A model generated the notes under the pieces. It did no database searches. It saw only the letters and a list, made by a program, of their open reading frames with translations, and was not told the DNA's origin. The translations under genes and the position numbers were made by a program. This document shows positions 24,127-32,000 of a DNA stretch of 32,000 nt, piece by piece. How positions within the stretch are numbered: position 1 is the first letter of the stretch; each line of letters opens with the position of its first letter. The stretch is taken from contig JACPWU010000028.1 in NCBI GenBank assembly GCA_016196885.1, positions 13,885 to 45,884 on the forward strand. Reading direction: 5' to 3'. The DNA comes from Chlamydiota bacterium (GTDB lineage: Bacteria; Auribacterota; JACPWU01).

Positions 24127-25500
24127 TCAAACCTTCCATTTGGCCAAATCTCCATAGAAATATGCCATTCCCTCAATCCCTTTAAAAAAATTCACAAGAT
24201 CCAAACGCTCATTAGGAGCATGCGCATTCTCATCTGGAAGGCCAAAGCCCAAAAGCACACAAGGCTTTTTCAAAATATCCGAAATCGTCCTCACAAAGGG
24301 AATGGAACCCCCCTCGCGAATAAAATGGGCCTTCTTCCCAAAGGCCTTCTCCAAGGCCCTTTTCGCAACTTCAAAAATGGGATGATTCAAGCGCTCCAAG
24401 AAGGCCCTGGAACCATGATGTTTGATGACTTTCACGTTCACCGTCAAAGGAGAAATCTTTTCGACATGCTTTTTAAAAGCGGATGCAATTTTGTCAGGAT
24501 CTTGATCCGGAACGAGTCGCATGCTCACTTTGGCGCCCACCTTTGCCGGAATAATGGTTTTAGAGCCCTCTCCCGAAAACCCTCCAAAAATGCCGTTTAC
24601 ATCAAGTGTCGGGCGAGCCCACATTCTTTCCAAAGTAGAAAAACCTTTTTCACCTGTGAATTTTAGAGAACCTGTTACTTTAAGAAGTTTTTTCTCAGAA
24701 GCAGGCAGCCTAGCCAACATCCTTCGCTCCGTTTTTGACAAGGGATAAACATCTTTATAAAATCCAGGGATCAAAATCCTTCCGTTCTTGTCTTTGAGCT
24801 TTGAAAGAATCCCGGCCAAGACATGAACAGGATTTTCAACCGTCCCACCCCACATGCCAGAATGAAGATCCTGAGAAGAGCCCGATACATGAATTTCCAT
24901 ATAACATAATCCCCTCAAACCATAACAAATCGAAGGAACCTCACGGTCTAGCATGGGAGTATCAGAAATAATCACCTCATCCGCCTTGAGGAGATTTTTT
25001 TGCTCTTTGAGAAAATTTTTTAAACTGGGACTTCCTATTTCCTCTTCGCCTTCGATCAAAACTTTTACATTCAAAGGCAGTCTTCCCCAAGTCCTAAAAT
25101 AAGCCTCGAGCGCTGACAAATGAATATACACCTGCCCTTTATCATCCACTGAGCCTCGAGCATATAACCGCCCACCCCGAATATCCGGTTCAAAGGGAGG
25201 TTTCACCCATTCATTGAGTGGATCTACGGGCTGAACATCATAATGACCATACACCAGAACTGTGGGGTGTCCTGGAGCCTCTAGCCACTCTGCATAAACA
25301 ATGGGATGACGCTTCGTTGGAAAAATTTCTACTCGTTTCATTCCCATTTCTTTTAATCTTTGAGCCAAAAAATCCGCACAACGAGCCACATCAGAAACAT
25401 GGGAAGGACTGACACTGATACTCGGGATGCGAAGACATTCATTTAAATTGTTTAGAAAATCATTCTGATGTTTTTGGATGTAAGATAAAACTTGCTGCAT
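24127..25500 (-). CDS. M20-family dipeptidase/metallohydrolase
   Basis: 457 aa with YGHYDVQP, ARGSVDDKGQ, EGEEEIGS and the C-terminal DENAHAPNE. Confidence 0.85.
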   Translation of the reverse strand: MQQVLSYIQKHQNDFLNNLNECLRIPSISVSPSHVSDVARCADFLAQRLKEMGMKRVEIFPTKRHPIVYAEWLEAPGHPTVLVYGHYDVQPVDPLNEWVKPPFEPDIRGGRLYARGSVDDKGQVYIHLSALEAYFRTWGRLPLNVKVLIEGEEEIGSPSLKNFLKEQKNLLKADEVIISDTPMLDREVPSICYGLRGLCYMEIHVSGSSQDLHSGMWGGTVENPVHVLAGILSKLKDKNGRILIPGFYKDVYPLSKTERRMLARLPASEKKLLKVTGSLKFTGEKGFSTLERMWARPTLDVNGIFGGFSGEGSKTIIPAKVGAKVSMRLVPDQDPDKIASAFKKHVEKISPLTVNVKVIKHHGSRAFLERLNHPIFEVAKRALEKAFGKKAHFIREGGSIPFVRTISDILKKPCVLLGFGLPDENAHAPNERLDLVNFFKGIEGMAYFYGDLAKWKV

Positions 25501-25568
25501 AACATCTCCTGATATTGCAGTTTGCTACATTAAGATGACACGAGAATTAATATGTTTGCATTAATCCC

Positions 25569-26216
25569 TTAAGACCAATTGCCACTCCAACCATCTCCCA
25601 TCGCCTTCAAAAAGAGAGGGAGGGATTCACATTTGAAATAGGGATTTCCCTTTTTCTGCTCCCCCAAAGTAGCCGTCGGTGTATCGGCATAATTATGGCC
25701 AGGATATAAAATGATTTCGTTATCCAATTGACGCAACTTACTTAAACTTCGGAACATCTCTTCCGTGCTCCCTCCCGGCAAATCACAACGGCCGCAATAA
25801 TTGATAAAAAGCGTGTCTCCGGACACCAAGGAGTCCTCGACCCTAAAACATTGCGATCCGGGTGTATGTCCAGGCGTATGAAGAAAGCGAATCGTCACAG
25901 TGCCGATTTGCAGGGTATCTTCTCCATGTACCTTTTTCAGATTAGGCTCAAATTTCTTCAGGGCAAAGGCATCGTGCTCATTTACATAGACAGGGACATC
26001 ACTCTTTTTTAGAAGACCCTCAATCCCATTCACATGATCGAAATGATAATGGGTAGCGAGAATCCCTTTTAATTTCAAATCCTTTTCTTCAAGCGCCTCT
26101 TGAATTCTCTCAGGCTCCCACCCCGGATCCACCACCACCGCCTCGCGCGTCTGGGGACATCCGACAAGATAAACAAAATTCTGCATGGGACCCAATTCAA
26201 GTTGATGAAGAATCAT
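25569..26216 (-). CDS. MBL-fold metallo-hydrolase (glyoxalase II-like)
   Basis: THYHFDHVNG, HTPGHTPGS and YPGH. Start placed at the internal Met (26214-26216) because the longer ORF overlaps the upstream gene, which ends at 26222. Confidence 0.85.
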   Translation of the reverse strand: MILHQLELGPMQNFVYLVGCPQTREAVVVDPGWEPERIQEALEEKDLKLKGILATHYHFDHVNGIEGLLKKSDVPVYVNEHDAFALKKFEPNLKKVHGEDTLQIGTVTIRFLHTPGHTPGSQCFRVEDSLVSGDTLFINYCGRCDLPGGSTEEMFRSLSKLRQLDNEIILYPGHNYADTPTATLGEQKKGNPYFKCESLPLFLKAMGDGWSGNWS

Positions 26217-26221
26217 AGAAT

Positions 26222-26797
26222 TTATTCCTGAAAAATCTTCTGAACAACATGCAATTTTTGATGAAACTCTTTCCCCGATAACACTGGAGCTCCTTCGGTC
26301 GAAAAATTCTCGCCCAAGTTGACCCAGGATTTGCAACCCTCATATTCACTGCGATGAGGAACTAAAATTTCCTCAGGTAACCGGAATATTCGCAGGCAAA
26401 GGACATAAAGCCCTTTCTCTCTCCCCCAAGAGAAGCGCTCCTCCACAACGGACCTAGACCAGACATGCTGGCCCTCCAAGAGATAAAGCTTCTCTAATTC
26501 CTTCGCCTGATAAACCGCTTGAACCGAGGCATAAAATTGAAGATGGATATTGCCATCTTGGGGACGACTCTGGAGAAGGGCGTCCAATCTGGCATGAACA
26601 GACGGGATCAATTCTTCTTGATTCTGATGCTCATACGTAGGAAAAAGAAAAAATTCTCTTTCCTCGACTTCGAAGCCGCCAGTCCCTTCATGAATTCCAC
26701 CTTTGCGGAGGATCAAAATCTGATCACCCCCACCCAAGGCATCCACGACCACAGCCCATTCTTTAAAGGCTTTTGAATTTCTTTGAAGAACTTTCAT
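26222..26797 (-). CDS. DUF1802-family protein
   Basis: 191 aa. The N-terminus AFKEWAVVVDALGGGDQILILRKGGIHE matches my recollection of DUF1802 proteins. No function known. Confidence 0.55.
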   Translation of the reverse strand: MKVLQRNSKAFKEWAVVVDALGGGDQILILRKGGIHEGTGGFEVEEREFFLFPTYEHQNQEELIPSVHARLDALLQSRPQDGNIHLQFYASVQAVYQAKELEKLYLLEGQHVWSRSVVEERFSWGREKGLYVLCLRIFRLPEEILVPHRSEYEGCKSWVNLGENFSTEGAPVLSGKEFHQKLHVVQKIFQE

Positions 26798-26912
26798 CTC
26801 TCCTCTATTTTTCCCCTGACAAAGACCTACCTTTTATCATAATATATTGATCACTCAGGAAGGCTGATGATATCAAAGAAGTAAAAACGAGACAAAGGAA
26901 AAGGGTCACTTT

Positions 26913-28652
26913 ATGCGCCGCAAGTCTTTTTATATTTTTCTCTCACTTTTATTGACTGGATTTACGAATTTAGCCAAGTCTGAAGCCCTTTCTCAAACCC
27001 ACATTCAATCCTTTGAGGGAGAAGTCGAGGTTATGGGCCCAAAAGACACGTCTGGAAAACCCGCCCAGATGCAAAGGGTGCTTTCAGCCTCCGACACCAT
27101 CACCACAGGGGACCATGCCTATTGCGTGGTTCAAATAGACGCGGACAACCTTTTTCGAATCAAACAAAATTCCAATGTCAAAATCGAAAAAATATGGGAG
27201 GAGGTTCAGAAACCTGATGGATCCGTGGTCCAAGAGTACCGTGTTCATTTGGCCAAGGGAGAATTGACCGCAAAATTAAATGCCATCCCCCATCAAAGCC
27301 AATTCGATGTGACGAGCCCCGTCGCCATCGCTGGAGCAACGGGCACCGTCTACAATGTTAAAGTGGATCCTGAGACCTTGAGGACGGTGGTCAGCGTCCT
27401 CAACCACGAAGTTTTTGTCGAAAGCCAAAATGAACCCCAAAAGACCACGGTCTTAAAAACATTTCAGCAAGTGGAAGTAGCTCCTTGGCGAAATGCAATC
27501 TTAGAAGTGCTCGGTTGGGGAGATCCCGCGGAAACGCTTCTAGAGCCCCAAGATAAACCTGAAGAAATTGAAATCTACTCCCTTGGCCAAGGCGTCTCGA
27601 AGGAAGAAGCCAAGACCCAAGCCCTTGAAAAACTAACGCGGCTCATCCTCCACTTGCGAATGAAAAATTCGAAAACCCTGCAGGATTGGCTAAACCAGAA
27701 CCCGGACCTCACTCCAAAAATCTACACCTTAATCAATCAAGCTGAAATCATTCGGACAACCCCCCTCGTTTCCAAAGGAGAAAATTCCAAAATCAGAACC
27801 CTCTTCCAGGTGGAGATTCGTCTTCCCCTCACCTCTCTCTTAGAAATCATCCCCGAACCCCTTCAAGGCGTCAGAAGAAGCATCTTTCCTCTTTCCCAGG
27901 AAGAATATTTTTCAAAATTTGGAAGACCGTTTCAAAAAACAATTTTAGAAAAGGCATGGAAAGAAAGCCCCGCCTCCTTTCTAAAAACCTTAGAACAAAT
28001 GACGCTCTCATCCGGAAAAACATTCAAAGACACACTGGCACAAAACGAAAAAATCAAAGCCGCAGTTCAAAAATTGGTTCGCAATACTTCCATCGATGAG
28101 ATTGAATATTTTTCAGATGGATCTCTCATGATTTCTCTCAAGATCCCAGGAAAAGAAATCGTTCAATCCCTCACTTCCATCACAGGAAATATTTACGGTG
28201 AAAATTATTTTTCAGCCCCTCAGGCCCTGAACTTCGAAAATTTTAAAAACAGTCTGGAAATAAAATCCCTCGCTCTAGAAAACGGAAAACCGAAAATACT
28301 TCATGCTCAGAGCGCCCCCTTTAACGCCTCTGGTGAAGGAGGAGATTCAGAAAACAATTTGTCCTCTGTTGAAAACTCCATCACCCCCGTGGATCAAAAC
28401 CTTTACAAAGAACAATTCCAGCCGGCAAGAACACAAACCCATCCTTTGGGCACGGACTTCATCACACAGCCCAAAGAACCCAGTGGAATCGTGGAATCCA
28501 ATGGGGGAGAAAATCAGTCTATCGAACAACCCAGCGCTCCGACCCACACGCAGCCCAGCCCTTCGCCCAATCTACCTGACCGAGAAAGAGAGAGGGAGAG
28601 ACCGAATCTCCCAGTCCCAGAGCAAAATTCGCGAGACCGCCAAAATCGTTGA
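26913..28652 (+). CDS. secreted FecR-domain protein with a low-complexity C-terminal tail
   Basis: Signal peptide MRRKSFYIFLSLLLTGF. FecR-like beta region (FEGEVEVMGP...ITTGDHAYCVVQID...VHLAKGELTAKL). Two alpha/beta repeats of unknown family, then a Pro/Ser/Gln-rich tail ending DRERERERPNLP. Confidence 0.6.
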   Translation: MRRKSFYIFLSLLLTGFTNLAKSEALSQTHIQSFEGEVEVMGPKDTSGKPAQMQRVLSASDTITTGDHAYCVVQIDADNLFRIKQNSNVKIEKIWEEVQKPDGSVVQEYRVHLAKGELTAKLNAIPHQSQFDVTSPVAIAGATGTVYNVKVDPETLRTVVSVLNHEVFVESQNEPQKTTVLKTFQQVEVAPWRNAILEVLGWGDPAETLLEPQDKPEEIEIYSLGQGVSKEEAKTQALEKLTRLILHLRMKNSKTLQDWLNQNPDLTPKIYTLINQAEIIRTTPLVSKGENSKIRTLFQVEIRLPLTSLLEIIPEPLQGVRRSIFPLSQEEYFSKFGRPFQKTILEKAWKESPASFLKTLEQMTLSSGKTFKDTLAQNEKIKAAVQKLVRNTSIDEIEYFSDGSLMISLKIPGKEIVQSLTSITGNIYGENYFSAPQALNFENFKNSLEIKSLALENGKPKILHAQSAPFNASGEGGDSENNLSSVENSITPVDQNLYKEQFQPARTQTHPLGTDFITQPKEPSGIVESNGGENQSIEQPSAPTHTQPSPSPNLPDRERERERPNLPVPEQNSRDRQNR

Positions 28653-28708
28653 AGTTGCAACTTCCAACATTGTTAGAGTGGAAATTTTTATTTTGGCTTT
28701 ACACACCA

Positions 28709-28738
28709 TTGACGGCATTCCTTCGTTTATGCTAATTT
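28709..28738 (+). promoter_or_regulatory. sigma70-like promoter for the sdh operon
   Basis: TTGACG (28709-28714), an 18-nt spacer, then TAATTT (28733-28738), 28 nt upstream of the ATG at 28766. Confidence 0.4.
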
Positions 28739-28765
28739 GAAGGCCATTTTTGCAAATGGAATTTC

Positions 28766-29497
28766 ATGAACATTTCACAATCACAGAACAACACTTCCGT
28801 TTTAACTTTCAGAACCGACTTTTGGTGGCTTGCACCCCTGTCTTCTGTTTTAGCCATTGTAGCTTTTGTTATTTATTCCACCTGGGCCGCTTTTCAGGGT
28901 GGACATTTTGAATACCAAAATTATCACTCCCCCTTTTCTTGGCCCATCCATCCCAAGTGGTGGCCTTTTTCACCTGCCTTTTTAACCATTTGGGCTCCTC
29001 TGGGATTTAGAGCCACATGCTACTATGTGCGACGAGTTTATTATCGCTCTTTCTTTAGAGATCCGATCGCTTGCGCCGTTCGAGAATCTCGTAAGAGCTA
29101 CAGCGGAGAAACCGATGTCCCTTTCATTTTTCAAAATCTTCATCGTTTTTTTCTCTACACCACCTTGATAGAACTGGCTGTTTTGTGGCTCGATGCCATT
29201 CATGGTTTTATATTTTCCGGAAGATTCGGATTTGGAATAGGATCTTTGGTCCTATTGATGAATTCAACGCTCCTTTCGCTCTACACCTTTTCCTGTCATG
29301 CCTTTCGACACCTGGTGGGCGGCAATTTGGACTGTTTCTCTCAATGTCCCAAACGCTCTTTTTTATGGAAAAAGATCAGTATTTTGAATGAAAGACACGG
29401 GCTTTACATGTGGATTAGTTTAGGATGGGTAGGGTTTTCGGATCTTTATGTCAGAATGTTGTCTATGGGGATCTGGAAGGACATTAGGTTCTTTTAA
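28766..29497 (+). CDS. putative single membrane-anchor subunit of succinate dehydrogenase/fumarate reductase (SdhC-like)
   Basis: 243 aa, about 5 hydrophobic segments, several conserved-looking His and a CH-x3-H-x7-C-x3-C cluster. The assignment rests mainly on its position directly upstream of sdhA and sdhB in C-A-B order. Confidence 0.5.
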   Translation: MNISQSQNNTSVLTFRTDFWWLAPLSSVLAIVAFVIYSTWAAFQGGHFEYQNYHSPFSWPIHPKWWPFSPAFLTIWAPLGFRATCYYVRRVYYRSFFRDPIACAVRESRKSYSGETDVPFIFQNLHRFFLYTTLIELAVLWLDAIHGFIFSGRFGFGIGSLVLLMNSTLLSLYTFSCHAFRHLVGGNLDCFSQCPKRSFLWKKISILNERHGLYMWISLGWVGFSDLYVRMLSMGIWKDIRFF

Positions 29498-29504
29498 AAA
29501 AGAG

Positions 29505-29590
29505 GACAGAAGTCAGAATCCAGAATCCAGAATAAAAAACTAAAAATCGCTGCTTTTTGATTTTATTCTGAATTCTGAATTCTAGATTCT
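29505..29590. repeat. heptamer-period hairpin element, CAGAATN word (sdhC-like - sdhA spacer)
   Basis: Left arm cagaagt|cagaatc|cagaatc|cagaata. Right arm attctga|attctga|attctag|attctaa. It shares the gcagaagtca...cagaataaa head with the 15456-15547 copy. Confidence 0.9.
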
Positions 29591-29595
29591 AAATT

Positions 29596-31357
29596 ATGAC
29601 CTACGAATCTCACGAACATGATGTGATTATTATTGGAGCCGGTGGAGCAGGTTTAAGAGCTGCCATTGAAGCTGCAAGCCAGGGTCTGCGGGTTGCCGTC
29701 ATTTGTAAATCCCTTCTGGGTAAGGCGCACACAGTCATGGCTGAAGGCGGAATTGCAGCGGCCATGGAAAGTCCATTTTAGAGACACCATGCGCGGCGGG
29801 AAAATGCTCAATAACTGGAGAATGGCAGAACTTCATGCAACAGAAGCCCCCGATCGCGTGAGAGAACTCGAAGCCTGGGGCGCCCTTTTTGACCGCACCA
29901 AAGATGGAAAAATTCTTCAGCGTGATTTTGGCGGTCATCGCTATGCAAGACTCGCCCATGTAGGAGACAGAACCGGACTCGAAATTATTCGAACCCTTCA
30001 ACACCATGGGATTCATCAAGGCATTGATGTTTACATGGAATGCACCATCACAAAATTGCTCAAAGATGGAGAAAAAATTTCTGGGGCCTTCGGTTATTGG
30101 AGAGAAACCGGCAAATTCGCAGTCTTTAAAGCCAAAGCCGTCATTCTAGCGACCGGAGGCATTGGCAAATGCTGGAAAATTACCTCAAATTCTTGGGAAG
30201 GTACAGGCGACGGTGTCATGCTTGCCTTAGAGGCAGGTGCCGCACTCATTGATATGGAATGCCAACAATTTCATCCGACGGGTATGGTCTGGCCTCCCAG
30301 CGTAAAAGGCATTCTCGTCACAGAAGGTGTGCGTGGAGAAGGCGGAACCCTGCGTAACAGCAAAGATGAACGCTTCATGTTTCGATACATCCCCGAGTTT
30401 TTTAAAGCAGAGACAGCGGACAATGAGGCGGAAGCCGACCGCTGGTACAAAAACAAAAAAAATAATCGCAGAACACCCGATTTACTCCCCCGCGACGAAG
30501 TCGCCCGATCCATCAATTCAGAAATTAAGGCCGGACGAGGAAGTCCTCACGGCGGCGTCTTCTTGGACATTGCTTCCAGGCTGGGCGCAGAGGATATTAA
30601 GAAAAAACTTCCTTCGATGTATCATCAATTTATTGAACTCTCAGGCGTAGACATCACGAAAGAGCGCATGGAAGTCGGCCCCACAGCCCATTACATGAAT
30701 GGCGGCATTCGTGTGGTAGCGGACACCACAGCGACAGAAATCCCCGGCCTTTTTGCAGCGGGTGAAGTGGCCGGAGGTCTTCACGGCGCCAATCGCCTCG
30801 GAGGAAATTCTCTTTCTGATCTTTTGGTCTTTGGCCGAAGAGCCGGCCTTCATGCCGCAGAATACGCAAAAAATTTCAAAGGAACGCTCTCTATCTCTTC
30901 TGATCAATTGGACTCCCTCGCCGCTGAAAGTCTAAAACCTTTTGAAAATTCTGGGAGCGAAAACCCTTACACGATTCATCAAGAGCTGCAAGAGACGATG
31001 CAAAGCTGGGTCGGTATTATTCGAATCGAATCAGAACTCAAAATCGCTTTAGAGAAAATCTCTCAATTAAAAGCCCGAGCCAAAAAAGTTCATGTGGAAG
31101 GACATCGCCAGTACAATCCCGGATGGCATTCGGCCCTAGATCTCTCTTCCTTATTACTCATCTCAGAAGCCGTCACAAAATCAGCCTTGGAAAGAAAGGA
31201 ATCGCGTGGGGGTCACGCCCGTGATGATTATCCTAAAATGGATCCCAATTTTGCGAAGGTCAATGTTGCCATCCGCAAAAGAGAAAATGAGCTCGTCACA
31301 ACTTTAGAACCGATTGCGCCCATACCAGAAGAGTTGAAGAAAATATTTACTGAATGA
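29596..31357 (+). pseudogene. sdhA: succinate dehydrogenase/fumarate reductase flavoprotein subunit with a broken reading frame (+1 shift at 29764-29767)
   Basis: Frame 1 gives MTYESHEHDVIIIGAGGAGLRAAIEAA...GKAHTVMAEGGIAAAM and then stops at 29779-29781. The conserved continuation WKVHFRDTMRGGKMLNNWRMAELHA... runs in the +1 frame to 31357. The rest is intact (HPTG, RGEGG, GGLHGANRLGGNSL, ESRGGHAR). Confidence 0.85.
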
Positions 31358-31390
31358 AAATTTAAATATTAGTAAAGCGCTACGGCAAGA

Positions 31391-31484
31391 ATTTGTAGTC
31401 GCCCCATTTATGGGGCCGCCCCCTGCATGGATTTGCCCGATGAATCGGGCGACTACAAAGATTGCCCCATAAATGGGCGACTAC
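31391..31484. repeat. REP/REPIN-like cluster: three copies of GTAGTCGCCC + small hairpin (one forward, two reverse)
   Basis: Copy 1 is at 31391-31416 (forward), copy 2 at 31435-31460 (reverse) and copy 3 at 31464-31484 (reverse). A 13-bp perfect long-range stem forms between 31392-31404 and 31447-31459. The region is GC-rich, unlike the other spacers. Confidence 0.8.
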
Positions 31485-31512
31485 TTTATTTTTGATTTAA
31501 AGGAAAGAAGCT

Positions 31513-32000
31513 ATGGCTAACACAACATTAAAGGTCTTCCGGGGTCTAAGTGGTAAAGGCAACTTTCAAGAGTATACCGTCCCTCTTGACCCAGGCATGG
31601 TCGTCCTTGACGTTGTGCATCGCCTTCAAGCGACGCAGGCTCAAGACCTCGCCGTACGATGGAATTGCAAGGCAGGTAAATGTGGTTCCTGCAGCGCTGA
31701 GATCAACGGACAGCCTCGCTTGATGTGCATGACCCGAATGGATATTTTTCCTGAAGGCAAACCCATCACGATTTCACCCATGCAAGCCTTCCCTCATATA
31801 CGAGACCTGGTGACCGACGTCTCTTACAATTATAAAGTTGCTAAAACCATTCCCCCGTTCAAACCCAAAGCCCCTGAAGCCGATGGAACCTGGAGAATGC
31901 AGCAAGAAGATGTCGAACGCTCACAAGAGTTTCACAAATGTATCGAATGTTTTCTCTGTCAAAATGTCTGTCATGTCTTAAGAAACCATGACAAGAAAGA
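31513..32000 (+). CDS. sdhB: succinate dehydrogenase/fumarate reductase iron-sulfur subunit (N-terminal part; runs off the right edge)
   Basis: My own translation gives MANTTLKVFRGLSGKGNFQEYTVPLDPG...CKAGKCGSCSAEINGQPRLMC (2Fe-2S) and CIECFLCQNVC (4Fe-4S). Open to the window end. Confidence 0.9.
   Translation, partial: MANTTLKVFRGLSGKGNFQEYTVPLDPGMVVLDVVHRLQATQAQDLAVRWNCKAGKCGSCSAEINGQPRLMCMTRMDIFPEGKPITISPMQAFPHIRDLVTDVSYNYKVAKTIPPFKPKAPEADGTWRMQQEDVERSQEFHKCIECFLCQNVCHVLRNHDKK

Noticed and set aside
29666-29764. Met start at 29666 for the 563-aa sdhA ORF
   Set aside because: The first ~33 residues (MKLQARVCGLPSF...) are an out-of-frame reading of the FAD-binding N-terminus, which is correctly encoded in the frame starting at 29596.
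29773-29784. Programmed +1 ribosomal frameshift at CCA UUU UAG A in sdhA (prfB-like slippery stop)
   Set aside because: A +1 slip here would restore the frame. However, the conserved WKVHF residues upstream of the stop are already encoded in the +1 frame from 29765. The frame change therefore lies at the ATG/TGG junction, and a loop of about 7 residues is missing. A deletion or sequencing error explains this better.
31391-31484. Mini CRISPR array (hairpin-containing ~24-nt repeats)
   Set aside because: There are only three copies, in mixed orientation, with 18- and 3-nt gaps rather than regular ~30-nt spacers. There are no cas genes, and the location is inside the sdh operon. The pattern fits REP/REPIN better.

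Overview
AT-rich bacterial chromosomal window, mostly housekeeping genes with no rRNA, tRNA, CRISPR array, transposase or clear defence island. The minus strand of the left third carries a full Pho block: phoB-phoR, then pstS-pstC-pstA-pstB'-pstB-phoU. A CYTH (triphosphate tunnel) gene diverges from pstS across a Pho-box-like site. A truncated Cas4/AddB-like PD-(D/E)XK nuclease sits at the left edge. The middle holds two uncharacterised membrane proteins, a YgfZ-like folate protein, a methyltransferase, a TPP-dependent 2-keto-acid decarboxylase and a Phd/VapC toxin-antitoxin (TA) pair. It also holds an orphan nuoJKLMN membrane-arm cluster, a COG1373/DUF4143 ATPase remnant and leuCD. The right third has a secreted hypothetical, an RHH/PIN TA pair, M20 peptidase, MBL hydrolase, DUF1802, a FecR-domain secreted protein and an sdhC-like/sdhA/sdhB operon whose sdhA frame is broken. 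Five signals are not explained by ordinary annotation. (1) Nearly every intergenic spacer, including spacers inside operons, is built from 7-nt-period tandem repeats, most arranged as long imperfect hairpins; the repeated word differs between loci but the architecture is the same. (2) A GC-rich, roughly 200-nt rod-like structured element (14371-14574) lies between the TA promoter and the nuoJ promoter and is a candidate ncRNA, possibly 6S-like. (3) The two tandem PstB ATPases have complementary motif degeneration that predicts one competent and one degenerate ATP site. (4) A GC-rich REP/REPIN-like triplet with a GTAG head and a compensatory stem change lies between sdhA and sdhB. (5) The sdhC-like membrane subunit has a clustered Cys/His motif. 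All calls rest on reading the sequence and motif memory; no searches were run.
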